Below, piece by piece: positions 30,178 through 39,894 of a stretch of DNA of 64,000 bases (the stretch's first letter is position 1; each line of letters opens with the position of its first letter). The notes beneath the pieces were generated by a model. It did no database searches. It had not been told where the DNA came from and worked only from the letters and a program-made list of their open reading frames with translations. A program made the position numbers and the translations under genes. This stretch comes from Vulcanimicrobiota bacterium (GTDB lineage Bacteria > Vulcanimicrobiota > Vulcanimicrobiia > Vulcanimicrobiales > Vulcanimicrobiaceae), in contig CAWHZL010000004.1 of assembly GCA_963833845.1 (NCBI GenBank), positions 1,521-65,520 on the forward strand, written 5' to 3'.

Positions 30178-30546
30178 ATGATAAAAGAGATCGCCTTTAC
30201 CGTGTATCCGGCAAAGGACGTCGCCGGACTGCGAAAGTGGTACGAGGATAAGCTCGGCCTGAAGTTCACCGGCCCGTACGAAGAGGAGGGCGTCGAGAAA
30301 TACAACGAGTCGACCATCGGCGGCGGCACTTTCAGCGTGATGACCACCGAGTGGGCCGATCGCGACCCGGGCAGCGCCTCGGGCATCGTCTTCGAGGTCG
30401 ACGATATCGATAAGAGCATCGCCGACCTTCGCGGCAAGGGCATCGAGGTCGAAGACGCCTACGAGACTCCCGTCTGCAAGATCACCTCGTTCGTCGACGG
30501 CGAGGGCAACAAGGTCTCGTACCATCAAGTAACGGTGCCGCACTAG
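30178..30546 (+). CDS. VOC (glyoxalase/bleomycin-resistance) family protein
   Basis: 122 aa. IAFTVYPAKDVAGLRKWYEDKLGL.. and a beta-alpha-beta-beta-beta-type pattern. Confidence 0.7.
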   Translation: MIKEIAFTVYPAKDVAGLRKWYEDKLGLKFTGPYEEEGVEKYNESTIGGGTFSVMTTEWADRDPGSASGIVFEVDDIDKSIADLRGKGIEVEDAYETPVCKITSFVDGEGNKVSYHQVTVPH

Positions 30547-30549
30547 CTC

Positions 30550-32355
30550 GTGATGGCCGGCCACGGGCTGATGTGGTCGAACATCTATCAGCCCGAGAAA
30601 CCAACCGTAAAGCGGCGCGTCAACTGGAAACGGCTTGGCGCGCTCTTTGCGCCGTACTGGCGCCAGCAGGTTACGGTACTCGCGTGCATCGTGGTGGCCT
30701 CGGCCCTCGGACTCGTTCCCGGCTTCGTCGTCGCGCACCTCATCGACGTGACCATTCCGAGCCGCAGCCTCGGCGCACTCGGAATCGACGTCGCGGCGAT
30801 CCTCGTCTCAGCCCTGCTTACCGCCGGCATTGGCGTCCTACAAGGCTACCTCAACTCGCTCGTCGGCGAAGGCATCATGCGCGACATTCGCACGAGCCTG
30901 GTCGGCCACTTGCACCGCATGCCGCTGCCGTTCTTCAGCGGGACGAAGACGGGCGAGATCATGAACCGCGTCAGCAACGACGTCAACAACGTCGACAACG
31001 TCGTCACCGGAACGCTGACCTCGATCATCACCAACGTCGTCCTCATCGCGACGACGCTGGTCGCGATGTTCGTTTGGAACTGGCGCCTCGCGCTGATCTC
31101 GGTCGCGATCGTGCCGCTGATGGTGCTGCCGCTCGGGCCGGTCGGGCGGCGGATGTATCTGATTCGCAAGAAGACGCGCGAGAGCCGCGACGAGATCGAA
31201 TCGATTACCCAAGAGACGCTCTCAATTTCCGGCATCACGCTCGTCAAGTCGTTCGCGCGCGAGGCGCTCGAGCGCGCACGCTTCTATCAAGCCGGTTCGC
31301 GGCTGATGCAGCTCGAGATCGACCTCGCGATGGTCGGGCGCTGGTTTATCGCTTCGGTCACCGCAATGGTCGTCGTCGGACCGGCACTGGTCTGGTTCGG
31401 CGGCGGCTGGCTCGCGATTCTGGGCAGCCTGCAGGTCGGGGTGATCGTCGCGTTTGTTTCCTTCATACAGGGACGCCTGTACGGGCCGGCTGCCGCGCTC
31501 GCCGGAATTCAAGTGCAGATCGTCAGCGCGCTCGCCGTCTTCGAGCGCATCTTCGAATACCTCGACATGACGCCCGAAGAGTACGACCCGCCCGGGGCAA
31601 TTGCGCTGCCGGAGGTTGCGGGAGAGATCGCCTTTGAGGAAGTCGTTTTCTCGTACGACGGAACGCGCAACGTGCTCGACGGCATCTCGTTTCACGTGCG
31701 CCCGGGCGAGGTGGCCGCGTTCGTCGGCCCGTCGGGCGCGGGTAAAACGACGATTACCTCCCTCGTGCCGCGCTTTTACGATCCGCAGAGCGGACGCGTG
31801 CTCGTCGACGGACACGATCTGCGCGGCGTCACGCTCGAATCGCTGCGCGGCAATATCGGTATCGTCACGCAGGAGACGTATCTCTTCCACGACACCGTAG
31901 CCGCCAATCTTCGCTACGGTAAACCCGGCGCGACCGATGCCGAGCTCGAAGCCGCGGCGCGCGCGGCGAACATCGCCGACTTCATCGCGGCACTCCCGCT
32001 GCGGTACGAGACGATCGTCGGGGAGCGCGGGCACAAACTCTCAGGCGGAGAGCGTCAACGCCTCGCCATCGCGCGGGTGCTGCTGAAGGATCCGCGGATT
32101 CTGATTCTCGACGAGGCGACGAGCTCGCTCGACTACGAGAACGAAGCGGCGATTCAGAAGGCGCTGGACGTCGCGATGCGCGGGCGCACGAGCCTGGTGA
32201 TCGCCCACCGCCTCTCGACGGTGCTCGCCGCCGACATCATCTTCGTCGTCAACAACGGACGCATCGTAGAACAAGGCCGCCACGCGACGTTGCTCGCACG
32301 CGGCGGCCTGTACTCTCGGCTCTATCGAACCCAGTTCGCAGGGCTATCGGCCTAG
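30550..32355 (+). CDS. ABC exporter, fused permease/ATPase (MsbA-like type)
   Basis: Six predicted TM helices. Walker A GPSGAGKTT, signature LSGGERQR, Walker B ILILDEATS. Confidence 0.92.
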   Translation: MMAGHGLMWSNIYQPEKPTVKRRVNWKRLGALFAPYWRQQVTVLACIVVASALGLVPGFVVAHLIDVTIPSRSLGALGIDVAAILVSALLTAGIGVLQGYLNSLVGEGIMRDIRTSLVGHLHRMPLPFFSGTKTGEIMNRVSNDVNNVDNVVTGTLTSIITNVVLIATTLVAMFVWNWRLALISVAIVPLMVLPLGPVGRRMYLIRKKTRESRDEIESITQETLSISGITLVKSFAREALERARFYQAGSRLMQLEIDLAMVGRWFIASVTAMVVVGPALVWFGGGWLAILGSLQVGVIVAFVSFIQGRLYGPAAALAGIQVQIVSALAVFERIFEYLDMTPEEYDPPGAIALPEVAGEIAFEEVVFSYDGTRNVLDGISFHVRPGEVAAFVGPSGAGKTTITSLVPRFYDPQSGRVLVDGHDLRGVTLESLRGNIGIVTQETYLFHDTVAANLRYGKPGATDAELEAAARAANIADFIAALPLRYETIVGERGHKLSGGERQRLAIARVLLKDPRILILDEATSSLDYENEAAIQKALDVAMRGRTSLVIAHRLSTVLAADIIFVVNNGRIVEQGRHATLLARGGLYSRLYRTQFAGLSA

Positions 32356-32379
32356 CCGCACCCCGCGGTTTCGATAACG

Positions 32380-32736
32380 CTACTGCGGAGGCGCGGAGCC
32401 CAGCGACGACTTGAGCGATGCTTTGAACTTCGCCTGCTGGTCGGGCGTCATCACGCCGTAGATGTTCTTGAGCAGCTGCTCTTTGGCGGATTTCTTCGTC
32501 GCAGCGTCGGCGTTAGCGGTCTGTTGCTGGTACTGTTCGACCATCGGCTTGATCTTCAATTTCTCCCGCGGCGTAAGCTCGGCGGCCTGCAGCGCGTTTT
32601 TCACGGCCGTCTGAACCTGCTGCGGACTCGGCTGACTCGCCTGGACGACGATCGAGCTCGTGCCCTGTGTGGAAGCGACGGCCGGGGCAACTGCCGCCGA
32701 GAATAATAGCGCCGCAAACAATCCCGATATGCGCAT
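32380..32736 (-). CDS. periplasmic Spy/CpxP-like (LTxxQ-type motif) protein
   Basis: Signal peptide (AVAPAVAS). LTPREKLKI and MTPDQQAKF repeats. 118 aa. Confidence 0.55.
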   Translation of the reverse strand: MRISGLFAALLFSAAVAPAVASTQGTSSIVVQASQPSPQQVQTAVKNALQAAELTPREKLKIKPMVEQYQQQTANADAATKKSAKEQLLKNIYGVMTPDQQAKFKASLKSSLGSAPPQ

Positions 32737-32775
32737 AGTGCTCCTTTGTCAGGAAGTAGTGGTTGCGTCCGACTT

Positions 32776-33453
32776 CTAGACGAGCGGCCGCAAGCCTGGC
32801 AAATCCATGACCATCGGTTCGACGGGAATCTGCAGCTCCGGTTCGGTCGCGGCCCGAATCTCTTCGACGCTGACGCCGGGCGCGAGTTCGCGCAAGATCA
32901 AGCCATCCGCACCGACGTCGATCGTACCGAGATCGGTGATGATGCGGTTGACGACGCGCCGCCCCGTCAGCGGAAGCGAGCACTCGCGCACGATCTTGTG
33001 CGCGTTGCCCTTGGCGACGTGCTCCATCATCACGATCACGCGCTTTGCGCCATGGACCAAGTCCATCGCGCCGCCCATTCCCTTAACCATCTTGCCGGGA
33101 ATCATCCAGTTTGCGAGATCGCCGCGCTGCGAGACCTGCATCGCGCCGAGCACCGCGAGATCGATGTGTCCCCCGCGAATCATTCCGAAAGAGAGCGACG
33201 AATCGAAGAACGACGCTCCGGGCAGAACCGTCACCGTCTCTTTGCCGGCGTTGATCAAATCGGCGTCTTCTTCTCCTTCGTACGGATAGGGACCCATTCC
33301 GAGAATCCCGTTCTCGCTCTGCAGCGTCACCGTTACGTCCGACGGCACGTAGTTCGGAACCAGCGTCGGCAAACCGATGCCGAGGTTCACGTATTGCCCG
33401 TCGCGCAGCTCTTGGGCGACGCGCGCGGCAAGTTGAGTCCGGGTTAATGCCAT
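32776..33453 (-). CDS. scoB: 3-oxoacid CoA-transferase subunit B
   Basis: Start at ATG 33451..33453 with [20 protein letters not shown].., [12 protein letters not shown]. 225 aa. Confidence 0.92.
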   Translation of the reverse strand: MALTRTQLAARVAQELRDGQYVNLGIGLPTLVPNYVPSDVTVTLQSENGILGMGPYPYEGEEDADLINAGKETVTVLPGASFFDSSLSFGMIRGGHIDLAVLGAMQVSQRGDLANWMIPGKMVKGMGGAMDLVHGAKRVIVMMEHVAKGNAHKIVRECSLPLTGRRVVNRIITDLGTIDVGADGLILRELAPGVSVEEIRAATEPELQIPVEPMVMDLPGLRPLV

Positions 33454-33473
33454 TTCCTTCTTTTTCTTTTTTA

Positions 33474-33564
33474 GCGTTCTCTTCGAGTCGTGCTTCGGCT
33501 TCGCTCGGCACGACTCACGTTTCCCGTCCTTCGACTCGGCGCTACGCGTCTCGCTCAGGATGAC
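33474..33564 (-). repeat. GTCAYCCTGAGCGA.. hairpin repeat, copy E1 (scoA-scoB spacer)
   Basis: Minus strand reads GTCATCCTGAGCGAGACGCGTAGCGCCGAGTCGAAGGACGG..GAGTCGTGC-N14-GCACGACTC (stem 33485..33493 / 33508..33516). Its first bases supply the last codons and the stop (TCA TCC TGA) of scoA. Confidence 0.75.
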
Positions 33565-34313
33565 AACTTCGGGCGGGTGGTGATGCGTTCGACGCGTTTG
33601 CCTTGGGGACCGACGTGGACGATGCGCTGCACGAAGACGCCCGGCAGATGCACGCTCTCGGGGTCGAGCGCTCCGGGCTCGACCAACTCCTCGACTTCCG
33701 CGATCGTAATCTTGCCGGCCATCGCGCAGAGCGGATTGAAATTGCGCGTCGATTTGTGGAAGATCAAGTTGCCGGCGCGATCGGCGATCGAGGCGCGCAC
33801 CAGCGCGTACTCGCAGACGATTCCGGCTTCCAGCACGTACTCGCGCCCGTTGAAGACGCGCGTCTCCTTCTTGGGTGAGCCGACCGAGACGCTGCCGTCG
33901 GTATTGTACCGCCAAGGTAACCCGCCGTCGGCGATCAGCGTACCGTCTCCGGCCGGCGTGTAGAAGCCCGGAATGCCGCAGCCGCCCGCTCGCAAGCGCT
34001 CCGCGAGCGTCCCCTGCGGAACGAGTTCGACCTCAAGCTCGCCGCTGAGATACTGCCGCTCGAACTCGCGGTTTTCGCCGACGTACGAGCCCGTGGTCCG
34101 GCGGATTCGCTTGTTGTCGAGCAGCACCCCGAGCCCCCAGCCGTCCACGCCGCAGTTATTCGAGACGGTGACGAGATCGGTGGCGCCCTGCTCGAGCAAT
34201 GCCTCGATCAGGTTGTGCGGAATCCCGTTGAGCCCGAAGCCGCCGACCGCGATCGACGTGCCGCTCGGAATGTCGGCGACCGCCTCGGCGCAGGAGGTGT
34301 AGACCTTCTCCAT
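33555..34313 (-). CDS. scoA: 3-oxoacid CoA-transferase subunit A
   Basis: [18 protein letters not shown], 252 aa. Immediately upstream of scoB. Confidence 0.92.
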   Translation of the reverse strand: MEKVYTSCAEAVADIPSGTSIAVGGFGLNGIPHNLIEALLEQGATDLVTVSNNCGVDGWGLGVLLDNKRIRRTTGSYVGENREFERQYLSGELEVELVPQGTLAERLRAGGCGIPGFYTPAGDGTLIADGGLPWRYNTDGSVSVGSPKKETRVFNGREYVLEAGIVCEYALVRASIADRAGNLIFHKSTRNFNPLCAMAGKITIAEVEELVEPGALDPESVHLPGVFVQRIVHVGPQGKRVERITTRPKLSS

Positions 34314-34350
34314 TCCGCCCTAATGCGCCGACGGAACGGGCGCCGCCTTC

Positions 34351-35535
34351 GTGGAACCTAAGGGCCTTATGGCTACAGCACCGATCGATATTGCAGCAAA
34401 CGAAGAAGAGGCGATGATCCTCGCCATGGTGCGCGAGCTGGTCGCCGAGAAGGTGGCACCGCGCGCCGCCGAGATCGACGCAACCGGCGAGTTTCCGTGG
34501 GACGTGAAGGAACTTTTCGCGCAGAACGACCTCTTGGGGATTCCGATTCCAACGGAGTACGGAGGCCTCGGAGGCACGTTCGTCACCTACGTCAAGGTCG
34601 TCGAGGAGATCGCGAAGGCGTGCGCCTCGAGCGCACTGATCGTCGCGGTGCAAGAGCTCGGCATGCTGCCGATCATGATCGGCGGCAGCGAAGAACAAAA
34701 GCACCGATTCCTTCCCAAGATCGCCTCGGGGGAGCACATCGTCTGCTACGCGCTCACCGAGGTCTCCAGCGGCTCCGACGCGCTGGGCTCGATGCGCACG
34801 CGCGCGGAGAGACGCGGCGAGAGCTACGTGCTCAACGGGCAAAAGATTTGGATCACCAACGGCAGCGTGGCCGACGTGGTCTGCGTCTTTGCCGTCACCG
34901 ACCCGGCGGCGGGTTCGCGCGGCGTCACCGCGTTCGTCGTCGAGAAGGGCACACCGGGCTTCACGGTCGGGAAACTCGAGAAAAAGATGGGAATTCGCGG
35001 CTCACCGACCGTCGAGCTGATCTTCTCCGATTGCGAAGTGCCGGCCGCGAACCGTCTCGGCGAAGAAGGCGAAGGCTTCAAGATCGCGATGAAGGTACTC
35101 GACAAATCGCGCCCCGGCATCGCGGCGCAGGCGCTCGGCATCGCGGCCGGCGCACTCGACTACGCCACGAACTACGCAAAGGAACGCATCGCGTTCGGCA
35201 AGCCGATCGGACAGCATCAAGGCATCGGCTTCATGCTCGCCGATATGAAGACCGAGGTCGAGGGCGCGCGCCTGACCCTCTACGAGGCGGCGCGGCGCTG
35301 CGACGCCGGCGGACCGGACGTGACGCTCTGGGCGGCGATGGCGAAACTCAAGTGCGGCGACGTCGCAATGTCGGTTAGTACCGATGCAGTGCAGGTGCTC
35401 GGCGGATTCGGATACTCCGTGGAGTATCCGGTGGAGCGCATGATGCGCGATGCGAAGATCACCCAGATCTACGAAGGCACGCAGCAGATCCAACGCCTCG
35501 TAATCGCGCGCAACCTCGTCGGGCGAGGCCGCTAG
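34351..35535 (+). CDS. acyl-CoA dehydrogenase
   Basis: ACAD N-terminal, middle and C-terminal pattern (YALTEVSSGSDA, ..QIYEGTQQIQRLVIAR). ATG 34369 with an AAGGG RBS is the more likely start. Confidence 0.92.
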   Translation: MEPKGLMATAPIDIAANEEEAMILAMVRELVAEKVAPRAAEIDATGEFPWDVKELFAQNDLLGIPIPTEYGGLGGTFVTYVKVVEEIAKACASSALIVAVQELGMLPIMIGGSEEQKHRFLPKIASGEHIVCYALTEVSSGSDALGSMRTRAERRGESYVLNGQKIWITNGSVADVVCVFAVTDPAAGSRGVTAFVVEKGTPGFTVGKLEKKMGIRGSPTVELIFSDCEVPAANRLGEEGEGFKIAMKVLDKSRPGIAAQALGIAAGALDYATNYAKERIAFGKPIGQHQGIGFMLADMKTEVEGARLTLYEAARRCDAGGPDVTLWAAMAKLKCGDVAMSVSTDAVQVLGGFGYSVEYPVERMMRDAKITQIYEGTQQIQRLVIARNLVGRGR

Positions 35536-38048
35536 AGTTCCAAAGCGACCGCGACCGCGCCGTCCTCGGTCCATTCCGCACCGAGCGCCATGACCGAGTC
35601 GAGCTTTTCGCCGAGGTCGTCGCGCAGCGCCGCCACGATGCGCGCATACTCTTGCTGCTCGGTGTATTCGCGCCCGGCTTTAAGCTCCGCCAGGCGCGCA
35701 TTGACGAAGCCGAGCAGCATCGCGGCGCGTTCGCGATTCGATCGTTCGCGGCGACGTTCGGGGTAAGGCTGTAACGCGCCCACGGCCGCGAAATGCTGTA
35801 GAACGTAGGCGGTCAGCACCGTCGATCTGATCTCGCGTGCCACCGACAGAGCCTCGGCCGCATGCACGAGCGCGTCGTCGAAGCAATCCATCGCGACGAG
35901 GTAGGCCGCCACGTTGCAGAGGTCGTTTGCGGCCGAACGGCGGTTGTTCCACGCTTCGTGCCCCACCCGCGCCTCCTCGGCGCGATGGAGCGCCGCGGCC
36001 ACGTCGCCCGAGGCGAACTCGATCTCGGCCAGGTTACCTGCAATCGATGCAGCCGGACGCTCGAAATTGAGCGCGATGTAGTACGTTAGCGCCTCGTCGT
36101 AAAATCGCCGCGCGCCGGCCACGTCACCGCAGCGCGAGCGAGCCGTTCCGAGATCGCCCAGCGCGAGCGCCTGCAGCCGGCGATTGTCGAGCCGCCTCGC
36201 ATCTTCCAGCGCCCTTTCGAGCAGCTCTTGAGCCTCGGCGGAACGTCCGAGCCCTCCTAATGCGCTGCCCGCAGCTTGACGCGCGCGCGCCAGTTGTAAG
36301 TCCTCGGGAAGCCCTTGCACCTCGAGGGCAAGTTGCGCGGCGGCAAACGAGGCGGTATACTCGCCGAGTGCCCCGCAGAGTTCGGCGTCGGCCGTGTGCA
36401 GAAGCCTCCTCGCCGGTGGGGAATCGTCGCCGGAGAGCGCGGCGAGCGCCGCACGCACCCAGTTGCGTCCTTCGACTGCAGCGAGCGAGTACCAAACCCG
36501 TTCGAGCGACCCCGCGATAAGGGATCCAGTCCGCACATCTCGCTTTCCCGCGAGAGACCACTCCAGGGCCGCGCGACAGTTGTCGAGCTCGGCCGCGGCG
36601 TCCGCAAACCAGGTTCGTTCGTCGACCGTATACCAATCTCTATCCAAGCGCTGAGCGACGCTCAAACAATTTGCCGCGTGCCGCTGCGAAATTGCCTCTC
36701 GCTCCCCACGTTCGACCAGCTGTTCGAGCGCATACTGCCGCGTTGCCTCCAACATATGATAGCGTGCCTCACCTCGCGAGAAATCCACCATCACCATCGA
36801 TTGCGCGATTAGCATCGATAGCAGCGGCAGTATATCGCTATCCGCCAGCCGGTCGTCCGAGCACACCGCAGCCGCCGTCTCAAGCGAGAAACTGCTCGCG
36901 AAAATGGACAGGCGATCCAAAAGCAGACGCGCTTGCGTCGTCAGCAGGACGTAACTCCACTCGATTACCGCGCGCATCGTCTGATGGCGTGGCAGCACCG
37001 CGTGCTCGGCCGGCGACAGCAGATCGAAGATACCGTCGAGCCGCTCGGCGATCTGCTGCGCGGAGAGAACCGTCGCTCGCGCAGCTGCCAGTTCGATTGC
37101 CAGTGGCAGGCCTTCGAGCCGGCGGCAGATCTCAACGATCGGCCCCACGTTTTCTTTCGTTACTGCAAACCGCGCATCGGCGGCGCGCACGCGGTCGACG
37201 TAGAGCGCCACCGCGCCGTAGGTAATTGCCTCATCAGGCGTGATGCTCTTGCGCGCGGGAAAAGCGAGCGATGGAAGGCGATATACCCGCTCTCCCATAA
37301 TGGTCAGCGCCTCGCGGCTCGTCGCGAGGAACTTCACCTTCGGGCACTCGCGCAGCAGCGATCCGACAACACGCCGCGTTTGATCGATGACGTGCTCGCA
37401 GTTATCCAAAACGACCAGCACCTGACGGTTCGAAAGAAATCCGAGCAGCGTATTGAGGAGCGGCGTACGCGGCGATTCTTGCACGCCCAGCGCGGATGCA
37501 AGCGCGTGTGCGACCAGATCGGGATCGTTGAGCGGCGCAAGCTCGATGAACCAAACGCCGTCAGAAAAATTGCCCACGAACCCATTGGCGACCGCAATCG
37601 CGGAGCGGGTTTTCCCGACGCCGCCGGTGCCGACGACGCTGACGAGCGGTGCCTCTTTGACGAGCGAGGCAATTTCCTTGACGACGTCGTCGCGGCCGAC
37701 AAACGAGGTTAGCTGTCGCGGCAGATTGTGCGCTGGAGTCGCGTCCTGCTCTTGCAAGCGCAGGCCGCGTGCGCGCCGCGCCGACTCTTCCAATGCCTCG
37801 CGCGCTTCGGGGGGCAGCGCCAATGCTTCGGCGAGGCGCTCCAGCGTCTTGGGGTAGGGAACCTTACGATAGCCGCGCTCCAAGGCGCTGACGGCCTGAA
37901 CGCTCACCAGCGCTTTGTCGGCAAGCATCTGCTGTGAGAGCCCCGCCTGCAAGCGGAAATTCTTTAGCAGGGTTGCTAGCTCTTGTGCGGCCGACCGTTC
38001 CTCGGAAACGCGCGCAGCCTCCACCGATGGTGGCGTTCGTGCCCCCAT
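35532..38048 (-). CDS. STAND-type regulator: XRE HTH + NB-ARC-like P-loop NTPase + TPR repeats
   Basis: HTH LQAGLSQQMLADKALVSVQAVSALERG. Walker A VVGTGGVGKT. Walker B LVVLDNCEHV. Long C-terminal TPR-like array. Confidence 0.8.
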   Translation of the reverse strand: MGARTPPSVEAARVSEERSAAQELATLLKNFRLQAGLSQQMLADKALVSVQAVSALERGYRKVPYPKTLERLAEALALPPEAREALEESARRARGLRLQEQDATPAHNLPRQLTSFVGRDDVVKEIASLVKEAPLVSVVGTGGVGKTRSAIAVANGFVGNFSDGVWFIELAPLNDPDLVAHALASALGVQESPRTPLLNTLLGFLSNRQVLVVLDNCEHVIDQTRRVVGSLLRECPKVKFLATSREALTIMGERVYRLPSLAFPARKSITPDEAITYGAVALYVDRVRAADARFAVTKENVGPIVEICRRLEGLPLAIELAAARATVLSAQQIAERLDGIFDLLSPAEHAVLPRHQTMRAVIEWSYVLLTTQARLLLDRLSIFASSFSLETAAAVCSDDRLADSDILPLLSMLIAQSMVMVDFSRGEARYHMLEATRQYALEQLVERGEREAISQRHAANCLSVAQRLDRDWYTVDERTWFADAAAELDNCRAALEWSLAGKRDVRTGSLIAGSLERVWYSLAAVEGRNWVRAALAALSGDDSPPARRLLHTADAELCGALGEYTASFAAAQLALEVQGLPEDLQLARARQAAGSALGGLGRSAEAQELLERALEDARRLDNRRLQALALGDLGTARSRCGDVAGARRFYDEALTYYIALNFERPAASIAGNLAEIEFASGDVAAALHRAEEARVGHEAWNNRRSAANDLCNVAAYLVAMDCFDDALVHAAEALSVAREIRSTVLTAYVLQHFAAVGALQPYPERRRERSNRERAAMLLGFVNARLAELKAGREYTEQQEYARIVAALRDDLGEKLDSVMALGAEWTEDGAVAVALEL

Positions 38049-38096
38049 GGGCTAGTCCATGCGCATGAAGAGGCCTATGCTGCTTGCCGGCCTAGC

Positions 38097-39161
38097 CTAC
38101 GCGCCAGGCTCGGGCGCAATGCCGTACGCGGCATCGTTGCCGATGCCCGCCGAATATTGAAATACGATCGCGCCCGAAGCCGGGCTAACCTCATCGATGT
38201 AGCCGTTGCCGGGATCGACGACCCATAAATCCTTGCCTTTGTAGTCGAAATTCATATTCGTCGGCTGCGCGAACCCGCTCGAAGCCAGCGGGCCGCAGTT
38301 TGACGTCTTCTTGCACTTGTAGATACCGGCCGGATTTACGCCATAGCCTGCGCTGTTCACATAGAATAAATTATCCGACTGATCGAACACGACGCCGCCG
38401 ACCAGCGGGATTCCCGAAACGACGACGCGTCCGCTGCCATTGCATTTCGAGAACTTGACGATTTCGCCCGGACCGGTGGCGCTGCCCCCGGTGTTGACCC
38501 CCCAGTAGCAATCGCCGCGATGCGACAGCGCGATGCCCGCGCCGTACGCTGCGGAGGAGCCGAAGGTAAGCACCCGAGCGGGCACGGCCTGCCGGTGCAA
38601 GTAGATGCTGAGGCTGCCGCCGCCACCGGTGATGCTGTTGACGTTCGATACCGCAACGAGGTTCCGGCTCGGGTTTGTGGCGACGTTCGTAGCGTAGTTG
38701 TTGTAATCGGCCAGCGTGGCCAGCGGTCCCACGGGCACACCTTTTTTCGTGCGGTAGACGAGCACGTTCTCTCCGCCGCCGTTGGCGACATACCACCAGC
38801 CGTTGACGGTCGTAACCGTACCGTTGGGATCTTCGACGCCTTGCGTGAGCGTACACTCATACGTTAGCCCCGAACCCGAACCGTTGCGCGAGTAAACTTT
38901 GAGATCGTGGCCGTACAACTGTGCCGTATAAAGGATGCCGCCGCTGCCGCCCTTCGAGCCGCCATCGCCTTTGCCGCACTTACCGCCCTTGCCGCCCTTT
39001 CCATTCGCAACTGCCCAGGCGCTCATCGGCGCCGGCATTCCAACGCCGGCCGTGGCAGGTACGCTCCCAGTCGAGCCGCTCGGTTCGCTGACGCAACCGC
39101 TTAATACGACGAGCGATGCAAGCGAAACCGTCAATAAGCGGCGAGCGAGTTGGGCGAACAT
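38097..39161 (-). CDS. lipoprotein, beta-propeller-like repeat protein with Gly/Lys-rich segment
   Basis: Start at internal ATG (MFAQLARRLLTVSLASLVVLSGC). GKGGKGGKCGKGDGGSKGGSGG. Blades WWYVANGGGENVLVY, LFYVNSAGY, LWVVDPGNGYI. Confidence 0.75.
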   Translation of the reverse strand: MFAQLARRLLTVSLASLVVLSGCVSEPSGSTGSVPATAGVGMPAPMSAWAVANGKGGKGGKCGKGDGGSKGGSGGILYTAQLYGHDLKVYSRNGSGSGLTYECTLTQGVEDPNGTVTTVNGWWYVANGGGENVLVYRTKKGVPVGPLATLADYNNYATNVATNPSRNLVAVSNVNSITGGGGSLSIYLHRQAVPARVLTFGSSAAYGAGIALSHRGDCYWGVNTGGSATGPGEIVKFSKCNGSGRVVVSGIPLVGGVVFDQSDNLFYVNSAGYGVNPAGIYKCKKTSNCGPLASSGFAQPTNMNFDYKGKDLWVVDPGNGYIDEVSPASGAIVFQYSAGIGNDAAYGIAPEPGA

Positions 39162-39212
39162 CGTTCTTCCTTCCAAAAACCCTCGTTCCATCCCTAGAGG
39201 AACGACCTACCC

Positions 39213-39264
39213 TATTAAAACGTGCTCGCCTCGCATCTACCGAGATCGATGCGAGACGAGCACG
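39213..39264 (-). terminator. rho-independent terminator after the 39283..39744 gene
   Basis: 17-bp stem with one mismatch (39221..39237 / 39248..39264), followed on the minus strand by TTTTAA. Confidence 0.75.
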
Positions 39265-39282
39265 TCGCGAAGCTCCGTACGA

Positions 39283-39744
39283 CTAGATGGAGTTTGTGAT
39301 ATCGAGAGCGGCCCAGCCGACGGTCTTGCCCTTCTTATTGTTGAAAGAGAAGGTCGCCGTGCAGGAACCGGCCGTCGCGCCGGCCGTCACGATCCAATCG
39401 TCACCCGAGCCTTGCGTAACCGTCGCGATGCCCGAAGCGCCGCCGCAGAAGTCGGCCTCACTAAGCGTGCCCTTCTTATTCTTAGGGGTACGAACGGACA
39501 CGGTCTGCGGACCGGAACTCGACGCCGTGAGGTCTACGCTGCAGGGCGTCACGCGCACGCCGCCATGAGCCTTACAGCCTCCCTTAACGTCGGGAATGGC
39601 GATCGAGTGGACCGATGAAGAGCTGCCAACTGCCGCTGCTGGATTCACCGCCTGCGATCCGCTGCAACCCGAGAGCACTGCGGCCGCCACCGCAGCAACC
39701 ATACCGGCTGACAGTAACCGGGGCGAAAACTGAGTATGTAGCAA
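39283..39744 (-). CDS. hypothetical lipoprotein
   Basis: GAGGAG RBS plus TTG start. Lipobox AAVLSGC-S. 153 aa, Cys-containing beta-rich sequence. Confidence 0.65.
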   Translation of the reverse strand: MLHTQFSPRLLSAGMVAAVAAAVLSGCSGSQAVNPAAAVGSSSSVHSIAIPDVKGGCKAHGGVRVTPCSVDLTASSSGPQTVSVRTPKNKKGTLSEADFCGGASGIATVTQGSGDDWIVTAGATAGSCTATFSFNNKKGKTVGWAALDITNSI

Positions 39745-39779
39745 GTTTCTATTTCTCCTCGATTTGTAGAGTAACGGGA

Positions 39780-39802
39780 GGGGCCCGCTTAGGACGGGCC
39801 CC
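39780..39802 (-). terminator. GC-rich hairpin downstream of the peptidase gene (terminator-like, no U tract)
   Basis: GGGGCCCG (39780..39787), 7-nt loop, CGGGCCCC (39795..39802). Confidence 0.4.
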
Positions 39803-39894
39803 CCACGACCACGCAGGTGAATGGTATCACCTTAGAAACGGCTTGAAACCATGCACTAGGCAGTGTGTCAGCAACTGTGTGAGTAAGTGGAGAG

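Noticed and set aside
35532-38048. The STAND NTPase as an Avs/NLR-type antiphage defence protein.
   Set aside because: Its N-terminal module is an XRE HTH, not a nuclease, protease, TIR or other effector domain. No defence genes are adjacent. I kept it only as a regulator of unknown signal.
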